42,653 bases of DNA from Gammaproteobacteria bacterium. Its GTDB lineage: Bacteria; Pseudomonadota; Gammaproteobacteria; Steroidobacterales; Rariloculaceae. This document shows positions 33,522 to 42,653 of the stretch, in pieces; positions within the stretch are counted from its first letter, which is position 1, and every line of letters starts with the position of its first letter. The translations under genes were made by a program, and so were the position numbers. Under the pieces are notes generated by a model. It had not been told where the DNA came from, ran no database searches, and worked only from the letters and a program-made list of their open reading frames with translations. Where the stretch lies: the NCBI GenBank assembly GCA_029864465.1, contig JAOTTJ010000001.1:1-42653 (forward strand), in the 5' to 3' direction.

Positions 33522-34781
33522 ATGACGAGCGAGACAGCGACGACGAGTCGTGTGCGGCAGATGCCGCTGGCGGTCGTAGCGATACTGCTTGTGGCCGCGT
33601 GCAGCGAGGCACCGCTCGGTCCGCTCAGCGTCACGGAGCTCGATACGCCTGCCGGAGAATTCAGCGGCCCGTCACATCTCGCCGCCGCAGCCGACGGCAC
33701 GGTCATTTTGAACTGGCTCGAATCGACGACGGGCGAGGCCATGGCGCTCAAGTACACAACGCTGGCTGCCGACAGCGAGACCTGGGCCGAGCCCAAGACG
33801 TTGGCTGAATCGGAGAACTGGTTCATCAACTGGGCTGACTTTCCGTCCATTGTGCCGATGTCCGACAGTCTCTGGGCCGCACATTGGCTCGTCTATCGTG
33901 AGGACTACGACGGTTACGATATCCACGTGGCGATATCGAGCGATGCCGGGCAGAGCTGGGGCGAGCCATTCTTGCTCAATACTGACGGCACGGGTGCCGA
34001 GCACGGTTTCGTGACACTGTTTCCGCTGGATGGCGACATCGCCGCCGTCTGGCTCGACGGACGCAACATGATCGTCGACGGCGAGTTCATGTACGAAAGC
34101 CCCGCAGGTGTGTTGCTCGGCACGAGCCTGCGTTACGCACGCTTCGACCGCGACGGCGAGCGCCTGACCGATGTCTCTCTCGATGAGCTCGTCTGCGACT
34201 GCTGCCAGCCCGACATTGCGCACACGGCGGACGGGCCGATCCTGATCTATCGCGATCGCACGACGGATGAGGTCCGCGACATCGTCGTGCGTCGCATGAT
34301 CGATGGAGAATGGCAGGCCGTGCAGGCGCTGCCGGCCGACAACTGGATGATAGAGGCTTGCCCGATCAACGGCCCGGCGATCGCAGCAGATGACGACGAT
34401 GTCGTCGCCGCCTGGTTCAGCGCCGTCGACAATCAGCCGTTGGTGCACTTTGCGCGCTCGACCGACAGCGGCGCGAGCTTCGGCGCGGCGATCGAGATAG
34501 ATGCGAGCGGTAGCTTCGGTTATGTTGACGTCGAGTTGCTCAGCAACGGCGATGCGATCGTCAGCTGGTTGCGCTCGAGCGGAGACGATCTCGCGCTCGT
34601 GACGCGGCGTGTGTCACCGGCCGGCGAGCTCATGGCCGTCGAAACCGCCGTCGATATCGACCTCTCCCGTCCGCTCGATTTTCCGCAGATGGTTCCGGCT
34701 GGCGAGCGGCTCGTTTTCGTCTGGACGGACTATACGTCGGGCAGCAACGTCAAGACCGGTCTCGGGCGCTTCGGCCCTTGA
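33522..34781 (+). CDS. BNR/Asp-box repeat (sialidase-fold) lipoprotein
   Basis: ATG at 33522, 5 nt after GAGGGG (the track start is 33501). Lipobox LLVAACS. Asp-boxes SSDAGQSW and STDSGASF. Confidence 0.6.
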   Translation: MTSETATTSRVRQMPLAVVAILLVAACSEAPLGPLSVTELDTPAGEFSGPSHLAAAADGTVILNWLESTTGEAMALKYTTLAADSETWAEPKTLAESENWFINWADFPSIVPMSDSLWAAHWLVYREDYDGYDIHVAISSDAGQSWGEPFLLNTDGTGAEHGFVTLFPLDGDIAAVWLDGRNMIVDGEFMYESPAGVLLGTSLRYARFDRDGERLTDVSLDELVCDCCQPDIAHTADGPILIYRDRTTDEVRDIVVRRMIDGEWQAVQALPADNWMIEACPINGPAIAADDDDVVAAWFSAVDNQPLVHFARSTDSGASFGAAIEIDASGSFGYVDVELLSNGDAIVSWLRSSGDDLALVTRRVSPAGELMAVETAVDIDLSRPLDFPQMVPAGERLVFVWTDYTSGSNVKTGLGRFGP

Positions 34782-34825
34782 CCGTGAACGACCGTCCCTA
34801 GACTCACGCCGTTGCAGCTTCATCA

Positions 34826-35656
34826 ATGACGGCCCAGGTCCTCGCGCTGGTCCTGCTCGCGGCCTGCATCCACGCGACCTGGAACACATGGCTCAAGCTC
34901 TCCGGCGACCGGCTCGTCGTCATGGCGCTCATGGGCACGGGCTGGGCGCTGTTTGCGGCTTGCTGGTTGCCGTTCCTCGAGCCCGTAACGGTCGACGCAT
35001 GGCCGTATCTCGCTGTATCAGTCGTCGTGCATCTCGCCTATACGTTGCTGCTCGTGCCGGCCTATCGGCTTGTCGATCTGAGCGTTGCCTATCCGATGAT
35101 TCGCGGCACGGGCCCAGTGTTTGTAACGCTCGTCTCCTTGCTCGCACTAGGTGAAGCGGTTGGGCTGTTCGGTTGGACAGCGGTGTTGCTCATCACCGGC
35201 GGCGTGCTCGCGCTTGGGTTAGGTGGAGTCGCCGGCGATTATCGAGCGCTGCTGTTTGGATTGCTCGGCGGCGCGCTCGTCGCAGGGTATACCGTCATCG
35301 ACGGCGTCGGCGCGCGTGTGAGCGGTTCGGCGCTGACCTATGCAGCGTGGTTGTTCTTGCTGACGGGCATCCCGTTGCCCGTGATCGGCGTAATCGCGCA
35401 CCGCGGCGACTTTGTCAGACTCGCCCGGCCCATCGCCGCACGCGGGCTGATCGCCGGGGCAATCGCCTCGACCGCGTTCGCAATTGTGATCTGGTCGCTG
35501 ACGCAGGCACCGTTGGGTCTCGTTGCAGCCGCGCGTGAAACGAGTGTCGTTCTAGTGGCGATCGCCGGCGGCGTGCTGCTGAAAGAGAAGGTCAATTGGG
35601 TCGCCATCGCCGTGGTATTCGTTGGCGTCGTGCTGTTACGTTTTGCCGGTAATTGA
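34826..35656 (+). CDS. EamA/DMT-superfamily transporter
   Basis: 276 aa, about 10 hydrophobic helices in two halves. N-terminal LLAACIHATWNTWLK and a typical EamA-like repeat organisation. Confidence 0.7.
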   Translation: MTAQVLALVLLAACIHATWNTWLKLSGDRLVVMALMGTGWALFAACWLPFLEPVTVDAWPYLAVSVVVHLAYTLLLVPAYRLVDLSVAYPMIRGTGPVFVTLVSLLALGEAVGLFGWTAVLLITGGVLALGLGGVAGDYRALLFGLLGGALVAGYTVIDGVGARVSGSALTYAAWLFLLTGIPLPVIGVIAHRGDFVRLARPIAARGLIAGAIASTAFAIVIWSLTQAPLGLVAAARETSVVLVAIAGGVLLKEKVNWVAIAVVFVGVVLLRFAGN

Positions 35657-35895
35657 TCGATGATCAATACCATTCGGCAGCTGGGCCTCAGCGCTTCATC
35701 TGACCGAGGACAGGTAATCAGCTTCGACGCTCGCTAGGAAGCTGTCTTGCGCAAGGGATGAAATAACCCGTACTGCCAGCCACGAATGACCAATACGATG
35801 ATAAGCGCACGGCGCTGCTCGGCGTCGAGAAATGCTTCTGCGCGCCGCCGGCTCCAAGTATTATCTGTGAGTACTTTTTTCGGTCGAGGTTGCCA

Positions 35896-36918
35896 ATGCG
35901 GATTCAAGAGCTCGGTATCTTGCTAACGTTCGCCGCTGCGCCGGCACTCGCTCATCATAGCGTTGTGGCTAATTTCGATGCGGGAACGACAGTAGAAGCC
36001 GAGGGCGTAATCAGCAACATTGCGTGGAGGAACCCTCATATCCTGTTCACGCTGACGACCGCCGACGGCGCTGAGTTGACGCTCGATACGCACTCTTTGA
36101 GCATCATGCGTCGATTGGGCGCGGCCGAGCCATTCATCCACGTAGGTGACTCCGTCAAGGTCGCCGGCTGGCCGTCGCGGCGAGGTGAGGGAATGTTCGT
36201 TAACAACATGCTGCTGCCCAGCGGAGAAGAGTTCGTTTTCGATTTCAGCGCAGAGCCCGCAGATCTTCGTTGGTCAGACCGGATGTGGGGAAGCAATGAG
36301 AATTGGTTTGCCGAAGGCGGCGACTCCTCGGCGGAAGAGCGCGGAATTTTCCGCGTCTGGAGCACAACGCTCGCGGGTGGTGGCGCTTTTTTCTTTCAGC
36401 AGCGAGCCTATCCGCTCACTGAGGCAGCGCAAGCATTCAACGATGCATTCGATATCACCACTGAAGACCCGTTGTTCAACTGTGCCCCGAAGGGTGTGCC
36501 GGCCATCATGAATGCACCTTATCCGTTCGAGTTCAGCGATCGGGGTGACATTATCGAGCTGCGTATCGAGGAATACGACACGTTGCGTACCATTTATTTG
36601 AATCCAGAGACGGCCGCTGCATCATCACCGTCGATTCTCGGGCACTCAACGGGTCACTGGGACGGCGAGACACTCGTTGTCGAAACCACGAATGTGAACT
36701 GGGGGCATCTCAACGGTCGCGGGGTGCCCATGAGCGAACAGGCTGTGATCGTCGAGCGGTTTACGCCTACGGAGAACGGCGGACGGCTCGAATATGAGCT
36801 GACGGTCACCGATCCAAGGAACTTCACCGAGCCTGTCGTCATGGGGAAATCGTGGGTCTGGTTACCCGACGTTCGCGTCGAGCCGTACGAGTGCACGCTT
36901 CGCGAGGAACTTGGATAG
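35896..36918 (+). CDS. Exported fusion protein: DUF6152-like HHS/W-x-NPH module (copy 4) + B-domain
   Basis: ATG at 35896, 6 nt after GAGG. MRIQELGILLTFAAAPALA|HHSVVANFDAGTTVEAEGVISNIAWRNPHILFTL. The C-terminal half (GIFRVW..., DPLFNCAPKGVP, GHSTGHWDGETLVV, PYECT) is homologous to 10420..11070 and to the 26235 fusion. Confidence 0.7.
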   Translation: MRIQELGILLTFAAAPALAHHSVVANFDAGTTVEAEGVISNIAWRNPHILFTLTTADGAELTLDTHSLSIMRRLGAAEPFIHVGDSVKVAGWPSRRGEGMFVNNMLLPSGEEFVFDFSAEPADLRWSDRMWGSNENWFAEGGDSSAEERGIFRVWSTTLAGGGAFFFQQRAYPLTEAAQAFNDAFDITTEDPLFNCAPKGVPAIMNAPYPFEFSDRGDIIELRIEEYDTLRTIYLNPETAAASSPSILGHSTGHWDGETLVVETTNVNWGHLNGRGVPMSEQAVIVERFTPTENGGRLEYELTVTDPRNFTEPVVMGKSWVWLPDVRVEPYECTLREELG

Positions 36919-36949
36919 CGATTCGCTTCGATGGCGGAGGCAGTCGCGC

Positions 36950-37957
36950 TCAGCGCGTCCTGCTCGCCAACGTTAGAATGACGGTCGTGGTAATTTCGTC
37001 CGCGCTTGCGCCGCGTGACAGATCGCTGACCGGTTTCGCGAGTCCCTGAAGGAGCGGCCCGAGCGCTGCTGCACCGGCCAGGTGCTGGATCAGCTTATAG
37101 GCGATGTTGCCCGCGTTCAGGTCAGGGAAGACCAGCACGTTTGCATTTCCGGCGACGTCGCTCGCATCCGTGATCTTGGACGCTGCGATTCGTGTGACGA
37201 GTGCGGCATCGGCTTGCATTTCGCCGTCGATGGCGATGTTAGGCGCACGTTTCCGCGCAAGCGTCGCGGCTTCACGGGCTTTGTCTACGCTGGCGTGGCG
37301 GCCGCTACCTCGTGTGGAGAACGATAACAACGCAACGCGTGCGGCATCGCCTGTGAGCCGTTCGAAGCTCTGCGCTGACGCTATTGCGATATCTGCGAGT
37401 TTCTCGGCATCAGGGTCGACGTTGAGCGCGCAGTCGGCGAACAATAGCGGTCTTGTCGCCTGCGTTGTGGCGTCCGGGACGAGCATCATGAACGCACTCG
37501 ATGGAGTTCGGATTCCCTCGGCGAGGCCGATCGTCATGAGGCTCGCCTCGATGACACGCGCCGTAGGCGTCGTAATGCCCGCGACCATGGCGTCGGCTTC
37601 CCCGGCGTTGACCATGGCGCCGCCGAAGAAAAGAGGTTTAGTTACAAGACGCCGCGCGACCTCTGCGCTCGCACGGGGGCGGAGCTGTCGATACCGGCTC
37701 GAGTATTCGCTAATCCTATCCGAGCAGGTCGGGTCGATGATCGTAAGGCGTTGAGGATCGATGCCGGCCGTGCGCGCCGCTGCGACGACTTCGTCGTCGT
37801 GCCCAAGGAGAACGACGCTCGCGACCCGTTCATCGATGAGCTGGCCGGCCGCGATAAGAATCCTCTGATCGGCGCCCTCAGGGAACACGACCGTCCGCTC
37901 GCGGTTCCTCAGCGAGTCGGTGAGGTCATTTATGAACGGTATCCGCGTGTGCGCCAG
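36950..37957 (-). CDS. pta: Phosphate acetyltransferase (PTA_PTB family)
   Basis: The track ORF (36950..37888, GTG start) begins inside the conserved ...[16 protein letters not shown] motif. The frame stays open up to 37987 and encodes a Pta-like N-terminal helix ([19 protein letters not shown]). The proposed CTG start at 37957..37955 sits 6 nt after GGGAG. C-terminal motifs are [12 protein letters not shown] and DLSRGAS. The gene lies directly downstream of xsc. Confidence 0.8.
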   Translation of the reverse strand: MAHTRIPFINDLTDSLRNRERTVVFPEGADQRILIAAGQLIDERVASVVLLGHDDEVVAAARTAGIDPQRLTIIDPTCSDRISEYSSRYRQLRPRASAEVARRLVTKPLFFGGAMVNAGEADAMVAGITTPTARVIEASLMTIGLAEGIRTPSSAFMMLVPDATTQATRPLLFADCALNVDPDAEKLADIAIASAQSFERLTGDAARVALLSFSTRGSGRHASVDKAREAATLARKRAPNIAIDGEMQADAALVTRIAASKITDASDVAGNANVLVFPDLNAGNIAYKLIQHLAGAAALGPLLQGLAKPVSDLSRGASADEITTTVILTLASRTR

Positions 37958-37982
37958 TGCTGACTCCCGGTCGGCGATGCTG

Positions 37983-39707
37983 TCAGGTCACGGTGTAGTC
38001 CCGATCCTTCGCGAGATGCCGAACCGGTTTTTTCAGCGCATCTCGCCGGAACGGTTCACCGAGCTCTTGATTGACGACGACCTCGAGGATTGTTGCCTTG
38101 TCCGATGCGGTTGCTGTGCGCAGCGCGTCGCCGACCTCATCGGCGCTCGAAACGCGGATGCCGTTCGCTCCCATCGCCCGCGCGATTTCGGCAAAGCTCG
38201 GATTGTTCAAGTTTGTGCCGACGAATCGGTCAGCGTAATAGTCGATCTGGTTCTTTTTCTCTGCGCCCCACTGGCCGTTGTTGAACACGACAGCAGTTAC
38301 GGGGATGTTCTCGCGCACACAAGTCAGCGTTTCCTGAAGGCTCATGCCCCAGGCGCCGTCGCCGACGTACGCCACCGCGGGGCGGTTCGGCGCCGCAACC
38401 TTGGCGCCGATTGCCGTTGGGAACGCATAGCCGCAGTTACCGAAGCTCATGGCCGCAAGGAAGCTCGAGGGCTGCTCGAAGCGCAGGTAGCTGTTGGCCA
38501 CGGAACAGATGTTGCCGATATCGGTCGACACGATGGCGTCCTGTGGCATCGCGCGCTCGAGCTCCCGCAGCGCGCGCCGCGGCGAGAGCTCGCCTTGGGC
38601 GCCAACGCTCATGCCGTCGAGCTCTTCCTTCCAGGAAATTTTCTCGGCCGCGACCTGTTCGAGACGGGGTCCGGACGTTGCGATACAGGCCGGCGCGTCG
38701 GCCCCGGCTTTGAGCCTCTCGAGCAGCTCATTCGCTGCACCCGCAGCGTCCCCGTGGACGCCGACCGTGACGGGTTTGACGAGCCCGAGCACGCGTTGGT
38801 CGCTATCGACCTGGATGACCTTGGCGTCGTCCGGCCAGTATTCGAGCCCGTACTGCGGCAACGTGCCGAAAGGCCCGAGACGCGTACCGAGCGCGAGCAC
38901 GACGTCGGCCTTGGCGATCGTGCGCATCGCAGCCTTGGAACCCTGATAACCGAGCGGGCCACATGACAGCGCATGGCTTGCCGGGAACGAGTCGTTGTGC
39001 AAATAGCTCGTCACGACGGGTGCGGATAGGTACTCCGCGAGGGCTTGCAGGGCACCGACGCCCTCGGCCATGGCAACGCCGCCGCCGGCAACGATGACCG
39101 GAAAGCTTGCACCTCGGAGCAGCGCTGCGGCCTCGTCGAGACTTGCTGCGCCCCCCGGGGAGCGCTCGACACGCAGCGGCTCGCGCAGCTCGACGTCGAT
39201 ATCCCCGTAGAAATGATCGCGCGGGATATTGACCTGCGTCGGGCCCCGCTCAGCCAGCGCGATATCGAACGCCCGGCCCGTGAGCTCTGCGATCCGATCC
39301 GGCCGGCTGACGTGAGCCTGGTACTTCGTAATTTTCTCGAAGAACGCGAGTTGCTCGACTTCTTGAAAGCCGCCGAGGCCCATCGTGCCCGAGCCCGATT
39401 CGGGCGTAATGCAGACGACGGGCGAATGCGCCCAATAGGCTGCGGCGATCGCCGTGACGAAATTCGTGATTCCTGGGCCGTTCTGCGCGATGCAGACGCC
39501 GTGGCGGTTGCTGATTCGCGAGAAACCGTCCGCCATGTGCCCAGCGCCCTGTTCATGCGCGACCGAAATGAAGCGAATTCCGGCCGGCTCGAAGATATCG
39601 AGCGCATCCATGTAGGCCGAGCCCACGATGCCGAACACGTGGGTCACTCCACGCGCAGCCATGGTTTCGACAAACGCTTCGCTAGGCGTCATTCGCGGCA
39701 TAGTCAT
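37983..39707 (-). CDS. xsc: Sulfoacetaldehyde acetyltransferase (ThDP-dependent)
   Basis: 574 aa. The N-terminus [55 protein letters not shown]...[11 protein letters not shown]....[14 protein letters not shown]......[15 protein letters not shown] matches the Xsc sequence I remember closely. The ThDP motif is GDGAW...[12 protein letters not shown]. The conserved xsc-pta pairing is present. Confidence 0.85.
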   Translation of the reverse strand: MTMPRMTPSEAFVETMAARGVTHVFGIVGSAYMDALDIFEPAGIRFISVAHEQGAGHMADGFSRISNRHGVCIAQNGPGITNFVTAIAAAYWAHSPVVCITPESGSGTMGLGGFQEVEQLAFFEKITKYQAHVSRPDRIAELTGRAFDIALAERGPTQVNIPRDHFYGDIDVELREPLRVERSPGGAASLDEAAALLRGASFPVIVAGGGVAMAEGVGALQALAEYLSAPVVTSYLHNDSFPASHALSCGPLGYQGSKAAMRTIAKADVVLALGTRLGPFGTLPQYGLEYWPDDAKVIQVDSDQRVLGLVKPVTVGVHGDAAGAANELLERLKAGADAPACIATSGPRLEQVAAEKISWKEELDGMSVGAQGELSPRRALRELERAMPQDAIVSTDIGNICSVANSYLRFEQPSSFLAAMSFGNCGYAFPTAIGAKVAAPNRPAVAYVGDGAWGMSLQETLTCVRENIPVTAVVFNNGQWGAEKKNQIDYYADRFVGTNLNNPSFAEIARAMGANGIRVSSADEVGDALRTATASDKATILEVVVNQELGEPFRRDALKKPVRHLAKDRDYTVT

Positions 39708-39735
39708 TTCCTCTTTTCATTTGTAAGCCGGTGTC

Positions 39736-41331
39736 TCAAGTCTTCGTCGGCGTTTCGGCATCGTTGCCCGTAAAGAATTTGGCGAGCTCATGGCGCAGAA
39801 CCTTCCCCGTGGGGCCTTTCGGGAGCTCATGCATGAACAGAATTGTACGCGGCGCTTTGAAGCCACCCGTGAGCTTTCTGCAATGTTCGATGAGCTCTTG
39901 TTCGTCAACGGGCATATCGTCTCTGACCACGACGCAGGCGGCGACATCCTCGCCGAGATCGTCGTCCGGAACACCTAAAGCGCCCGCTTCGACGACAGCA
40001 GGGTGCGAGAATAACGCGTCATCGATCTCCCGTGGCGAAATATTCTCTCCGCCCTTGATGATGAGCTCTTTGAGCCGTCCCGTGACAAACACGAAGCCAT
40101 CGTCGTCTTTGTGTCCGAGATCGCCGGTACGCAGCCAACCGCCCGAGTCGATGGCAGCCGCCGTAGCCTGCGGGTCTCTGAGATACGCTCGCATGACGTT
40201 CGGTCCGCGTACGAGGATCTCACCCTGGTTGTTCGGGCCGATCTCGATGCCTTCGCCGTTCGCGATAATAACCTCGTTACCGTACGGTAGGCCCGGCGAG
40301 CCGATTCTGCAGGGGGCCGGTGGCAAGGGATTCGTCAGGATCTGTGCCGCCGCTTCAGTGATCCCCATGGTCTCGACGATCGGGATGCCGAATCTCGACT
40401 CGAACTGTTCGTGCAAGGCCGGCGGCAGCGGCGCGGATGCCGAGCGGCCGAAGCGAACGGCCTGCAACGCCGTGCGCGTGCGCGTATCCAACTCGGTATG
40501 CTCGTGCAAGAGATACGCGATGATCGTCGGCACGACGCTGAACCACGTGCAGCGGTGATCGGTCACCCACCCCCAGAAACGGCGCACGCTGAATCCGTGC
40601 GGCAGGACCATGGTTCCGCCGCTGACGAGGATTCCGAGCAAAGAGACGATTTGCGCGTTGATGTGGCATAGCGGTAGTACGCAGAGTCCACAATCCTCCT
40701 TGCGCAGCGCATGCGCGCCGGCAACGTTTCTGGCACCGCTCAGCACGTTCGCGTGCGTCAGCAAGACCCCTTTCGGCTTGCCCGTTGTCCCTGACGTGTA
40801 CATGAGCATGGCGTCATCGTTCTGCGTTAGCGTCGGCAATGCGCTGTCGGTCGTGTCATGCGCGGGCCAGTCGGGGCCGCGATCCACATCGGTCACGATG
40901 ATCCGAACCTCGCGGCCGGCGATTTCGAGCGCGTCCGCGAGTAGCGCTTCGAATTCCGGTGAGACGAAAACGACGCTGGCTCTCGAATGATCCAGGACGT
41001 AGCCAAGTTGCGCTGCGCCGGCCGCCGTATTGAGAGGCGCGCAAACACAGCCGGCGTACATTACGCCGAGAATCAACTCTGCGGTTGCCGCGCCGTTGCC
41101 GAGCATCAATGAAACGGTGTCGCCTTTGCCCAAGCCAAGCGTGTCTAGATGTCCGGCGATTTCACGCGCCCGTTGCAGCAGTTGTGCATAGGTCAGTGTC
41201 TGGTTGCTCTCGGGTGCAACGAGATAAACGTCGTTTCCGGCATCGACCGCTTGTCGCGTGATGAGCGCTCGCACGGTAGGGTCTTCGTGGGCGGACTCCG
41301 TCGTGCTCGAGATGTCTTGTGTCGTGCTCAT
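39736..41331 (-). CDS. AMP-forming acyl-CoA ligase; by context a candidate sulfoacetate-CoA ligase (SauT-like)
   Basis: 531 aa. AMP-binding motifs MLMYTSGTTGKPKGVLLTH, GWLRTGDLG and LKELIIKGGENISPREID. It lies between an acylating ALDH and xsc on the same strand, separated by short gaps (76 nt and 28 nt). Confidence 0.75.
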   Translation of the reverse strand: MSTTQDISSTTESAHEDPTVRALITRQAVDAGNDVYLVAPESNQTLTYAQLLQRAREIAGHLDTLGLGKGDTVSLMLGNGAATAELILGVMYAGCVCAPLNTAAGAAQLGYVLDHSRASVVFVSPEFEALLADALEIAGREVRIIVTDVDRGPDWPAHDTTDSALPTLTQNDDAMLMYTSGTTGKPKGVLLTHANVLSGARNVAGAHALRKEDCGLCVLPLCHINAQIVSLLGILVSGGTMVLPHGFSVRRFWGWVTDHRCTWFSVVPTIIAYLLHEHTELDTRTRTALQAVRFGRSASAPLPPALHEQFESRFGIPIVETMGITEAAAQILTNPLPPAPCRIGSPGLPYGNEVIIANGEGIEIGPNNQGEILVRGPNVMRAYLRDPQATAAAIDSGGWLRTGDLGHKDDDGFVFVTGRLKELIIKGGENISPREIDDALFSHPAVVEAGALGVPDDDLGEDVAACVVVRDDMPVDEQELIEHCRKLTGGFKAPRTILFMHELPKGPTGKVLRHELAKFFTGNDAETPTKT

Positions 41332-41407
41332 TCGATCGAATCGTGATCGTCACCCGGCGATAGATGCGTGGCGCAGAGATCACCCGCCCAAGCTTCGAGG
41401 CCTGGAC

Positions 41408-42653
41408 TTACTTTCCGTACCGACTCCAGTATGCGCCGAACAGAGCGGTCTCACTCGGCTTGTCCTCGGGGATTGTCATGGCCAGGTGCGTGATGTTGAT
41501 AAAGTGACGATAGTTCAGGTTTTCGCTGATGCTGTTGCCTTGCCATGTGCCGCAGCCCATGCTGAGGGTGAAGTTCAGTCCCGTGTCGAAGCCGCCCCCG
41601 TTGCCAAAAGTATGCGCCATGTTGACGAGCACTCGGGCAACGTCGAGCTCTGCGGCGAGTCGCCGCGCATGATCCATATTGGCAGTATGGATGCCACAGG
41701 AGTGTCCTCGTCCCTTGAAATCGAGAATCTCGCGAACCTTCGTGAGCGCTTCGTCGAAATCGCTCACTCGGTACACGGTTAGCACGAGCGACAGCTTCTC
41801 ATCAGAGAACGGGAAGCCCGGTCCTGTACCGGATTCCTCGACCATAAAGAATTTCGCATCCTGTGCGCGCGGGTCTAGTGCTGCTTCGCGCGCGAGTGTC
41901 GCTGCGTCCTTGGCGAGCACTTTACGGTTGAGGTGTCCGTCTACCCATAGAGTCTTCTCGATCTTGTCTTTGTCTTGCGCATCGACGAGAAAACCGCCGA
42001 CCGATTCTAGTTCCCGGATCGCATCGTCGTACACGGCACCCAGGATAATCACCGAGTTCTCCGACGAGCACGATGTCGCGTTGTCGAAGGTTTTCGAGGC
42101 GAGAATTTTCCCTGCAGTCGCCTTGAGGTCAGCAGTGTCGTCGATTATCACAGGCACGTTTCCGGCACCGACGCCGATCGCCGGCGTGCCGCTGCGATAG
42201 GCGGCGCGGACGTTATTCTGGGAGCCCGTGACGACGACGAGGTCGCAGGATTCCATGAGCGCATTCGTCAGCGACTTCGATGCGGAGGCCGGCAGTATTT
42301 GGATCAGATCCGCAGGCGCATCGATTTTCTCTAGCGCGGCGCGCATGAGCTCGACGGTGCGTGCGGTGGCAGATCGTCCGGCCGGTGACGGCGACACGAT
42401 GACGGCGTTGCGGCCTTTGATGGCCATCATGGCTTTGTTGACGGGCGTCGCGCTCGGGTTCGTCGCGGGCGTCAATGCGGCGACGACGCCGACGGGCTTG
42501 GCGTATTTGACGATGCCGAGAGCCGGTAGATCTTCGATGACACCGACAGTCTTGACGCGCAGCAAGTCGCGCAGCGTGCCGAAAGTCTTACGTTGGTTTT
42601 TGGTGACTTTGTCGGGAATGTTGCCCATTCCCGTGTCGCGCACGGCAAGCTCT
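41408..42653 (-). CDS. CoA-acylating aldehyde dehydrogenase, 5'-partial (runs off the window end); by context a candidate sulfoacetaldehyde dehydrogenase (SauS-like)
   Basis: The frame is open to the window end (ELAVRDTGMGNIPDKV...). The catalytic Cys context FDNATSCSSENS resembles the acylating ALDHs (AdhE N-domain/EutE/PduP type). NAD-binding region: VVTGSQNNVRAAYRSGTPAIGVGAGNVP. Confidence 0.75.
   Translation of the reverse strand, partial: ELAVRDTGMGNIPDKVTKNQRKTFGTLRDLLRVKTVGVIEDLPALGIVKYAKPVGVVAALTPATNPSATPVNKAMMAIKGRNAVIVSPSPAGRSATARTVELMRAALEKIDAPADLIQILPASASKSLTNALMESCDLVVVTGSQNNVRAAYRSGTPAIGVGAGNVPVIIDDTADLKATAGKILASKTFDNATSCSSENSVIILGAVYDDAIRELESVGGFLVDAQDKDKIEKTLWVDGHLNRKVLAKDAATLAREAALDPRAQDAKFFMVEESGTGPGFPFSDEKLSLVLTVYRVSDFDEALTKVREILDFKGRGHSCGIHTANMDHARRLAAELDVARVLVNMAHTFGNGGGFDTGLNFTLSMGCGTWQGNSISENLNYRHFINITHLAMTIPEDKPSETALFGAYWSRYGK

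Noticed and set aside
35700-35900. Short minus-strand ORF (about 54 codons, TTG start, ending ...RGWQYGLFHPLRKTAS) in the 239-nt gap before the 35896 gene
   Set aside because: It is below the track threshold, has no ribosome-binding site, would overlap the start of the plus-strand gene, and resembles nothing I can recall. I treat it as non-coding.
1-42653. Mobile genetic element, prophage, defence island or biosynthetic cluster
   Set aside because: I found no integrase, transposase, phage structural gene, restriction-modification, toxin-antitoxin, Cas, or NRPS/PKS motifs in any frame. Composition looks uniform by eye apart from short AT-richer intergenic stretches.

Overview
This is a GC-rich chromosomal segment from a Gram-negative bacterium, proteobacterial and probably gammaproteobacterial. 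I can support about 40 protein-coding genes. I found no rRNA, tRNA, CRISPR array, transposase or integrase. The window is dominated by exported and envelope proteins. From left to right it holds: (1) a multicopper oxidase that runs off the left edge and is missing from the ORF track, translationally coupled to an exported partner; (2) a parvulin-like PPIase plus a HupE/UreJ-type membrane protein; (3) a secreted caspase-family (C14) protease with unusual N-terminal repeats; (4) an M23 peptidase; (5) a diheme cytochrome c and a YjdF/DUF2238 membrane protein; (6) a three-gene operon ending in a TonB-dependent receptor; (7) a penicillin-acylase-family Ntn hydrolase; (8) an LPS-core pair (GT9 heptosyltransferase plus a Kdo-hydroxylase-like dioxygenase); (9) DUF4159; (10) a tandem duplication of a regulator-like (DUF6502-type) plus six-module DUF5666 lipoprotein cassette; (11) a lipoprotein flavoprotein with a C-terminal diheme tail; (12) a GAF plus degenerate-GGDEF protein; (13) an FMN reductase, AsmA, an amidase, a BNR/sialidase-fold lipoprotein and a DMT transporter; (14) a minus-strand sulfoacetaldehyde/sulfoacetate catabolic operon (acylating ALDH, CoA ligase, xsc, pta) that runs off the right edge. 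The best candidate for an undescribed system is a small exported 'HHS...W-x-NPH' module (DUF6152-like). It occurs four times in 42 kb. One copy sits in an operon with a second uncharacterised exported domain and a TonB-dependent receptor, and two copies are fused to that same second domain (Rosetta-stone evidence). Other notable items are the duplicated DUF6502/DUF5666 cassette with a conserved dyad-symmetric operator and a decayed regulator copy, the secreted caspase with a novel Cys/Asp-rich triple repeat, a REP-like GGGGTCAGAG element family, and a pta gene whose conserved N-terminus has no canonical start codon. All family assignments come from motif recognition by eye, since no database search was possible.
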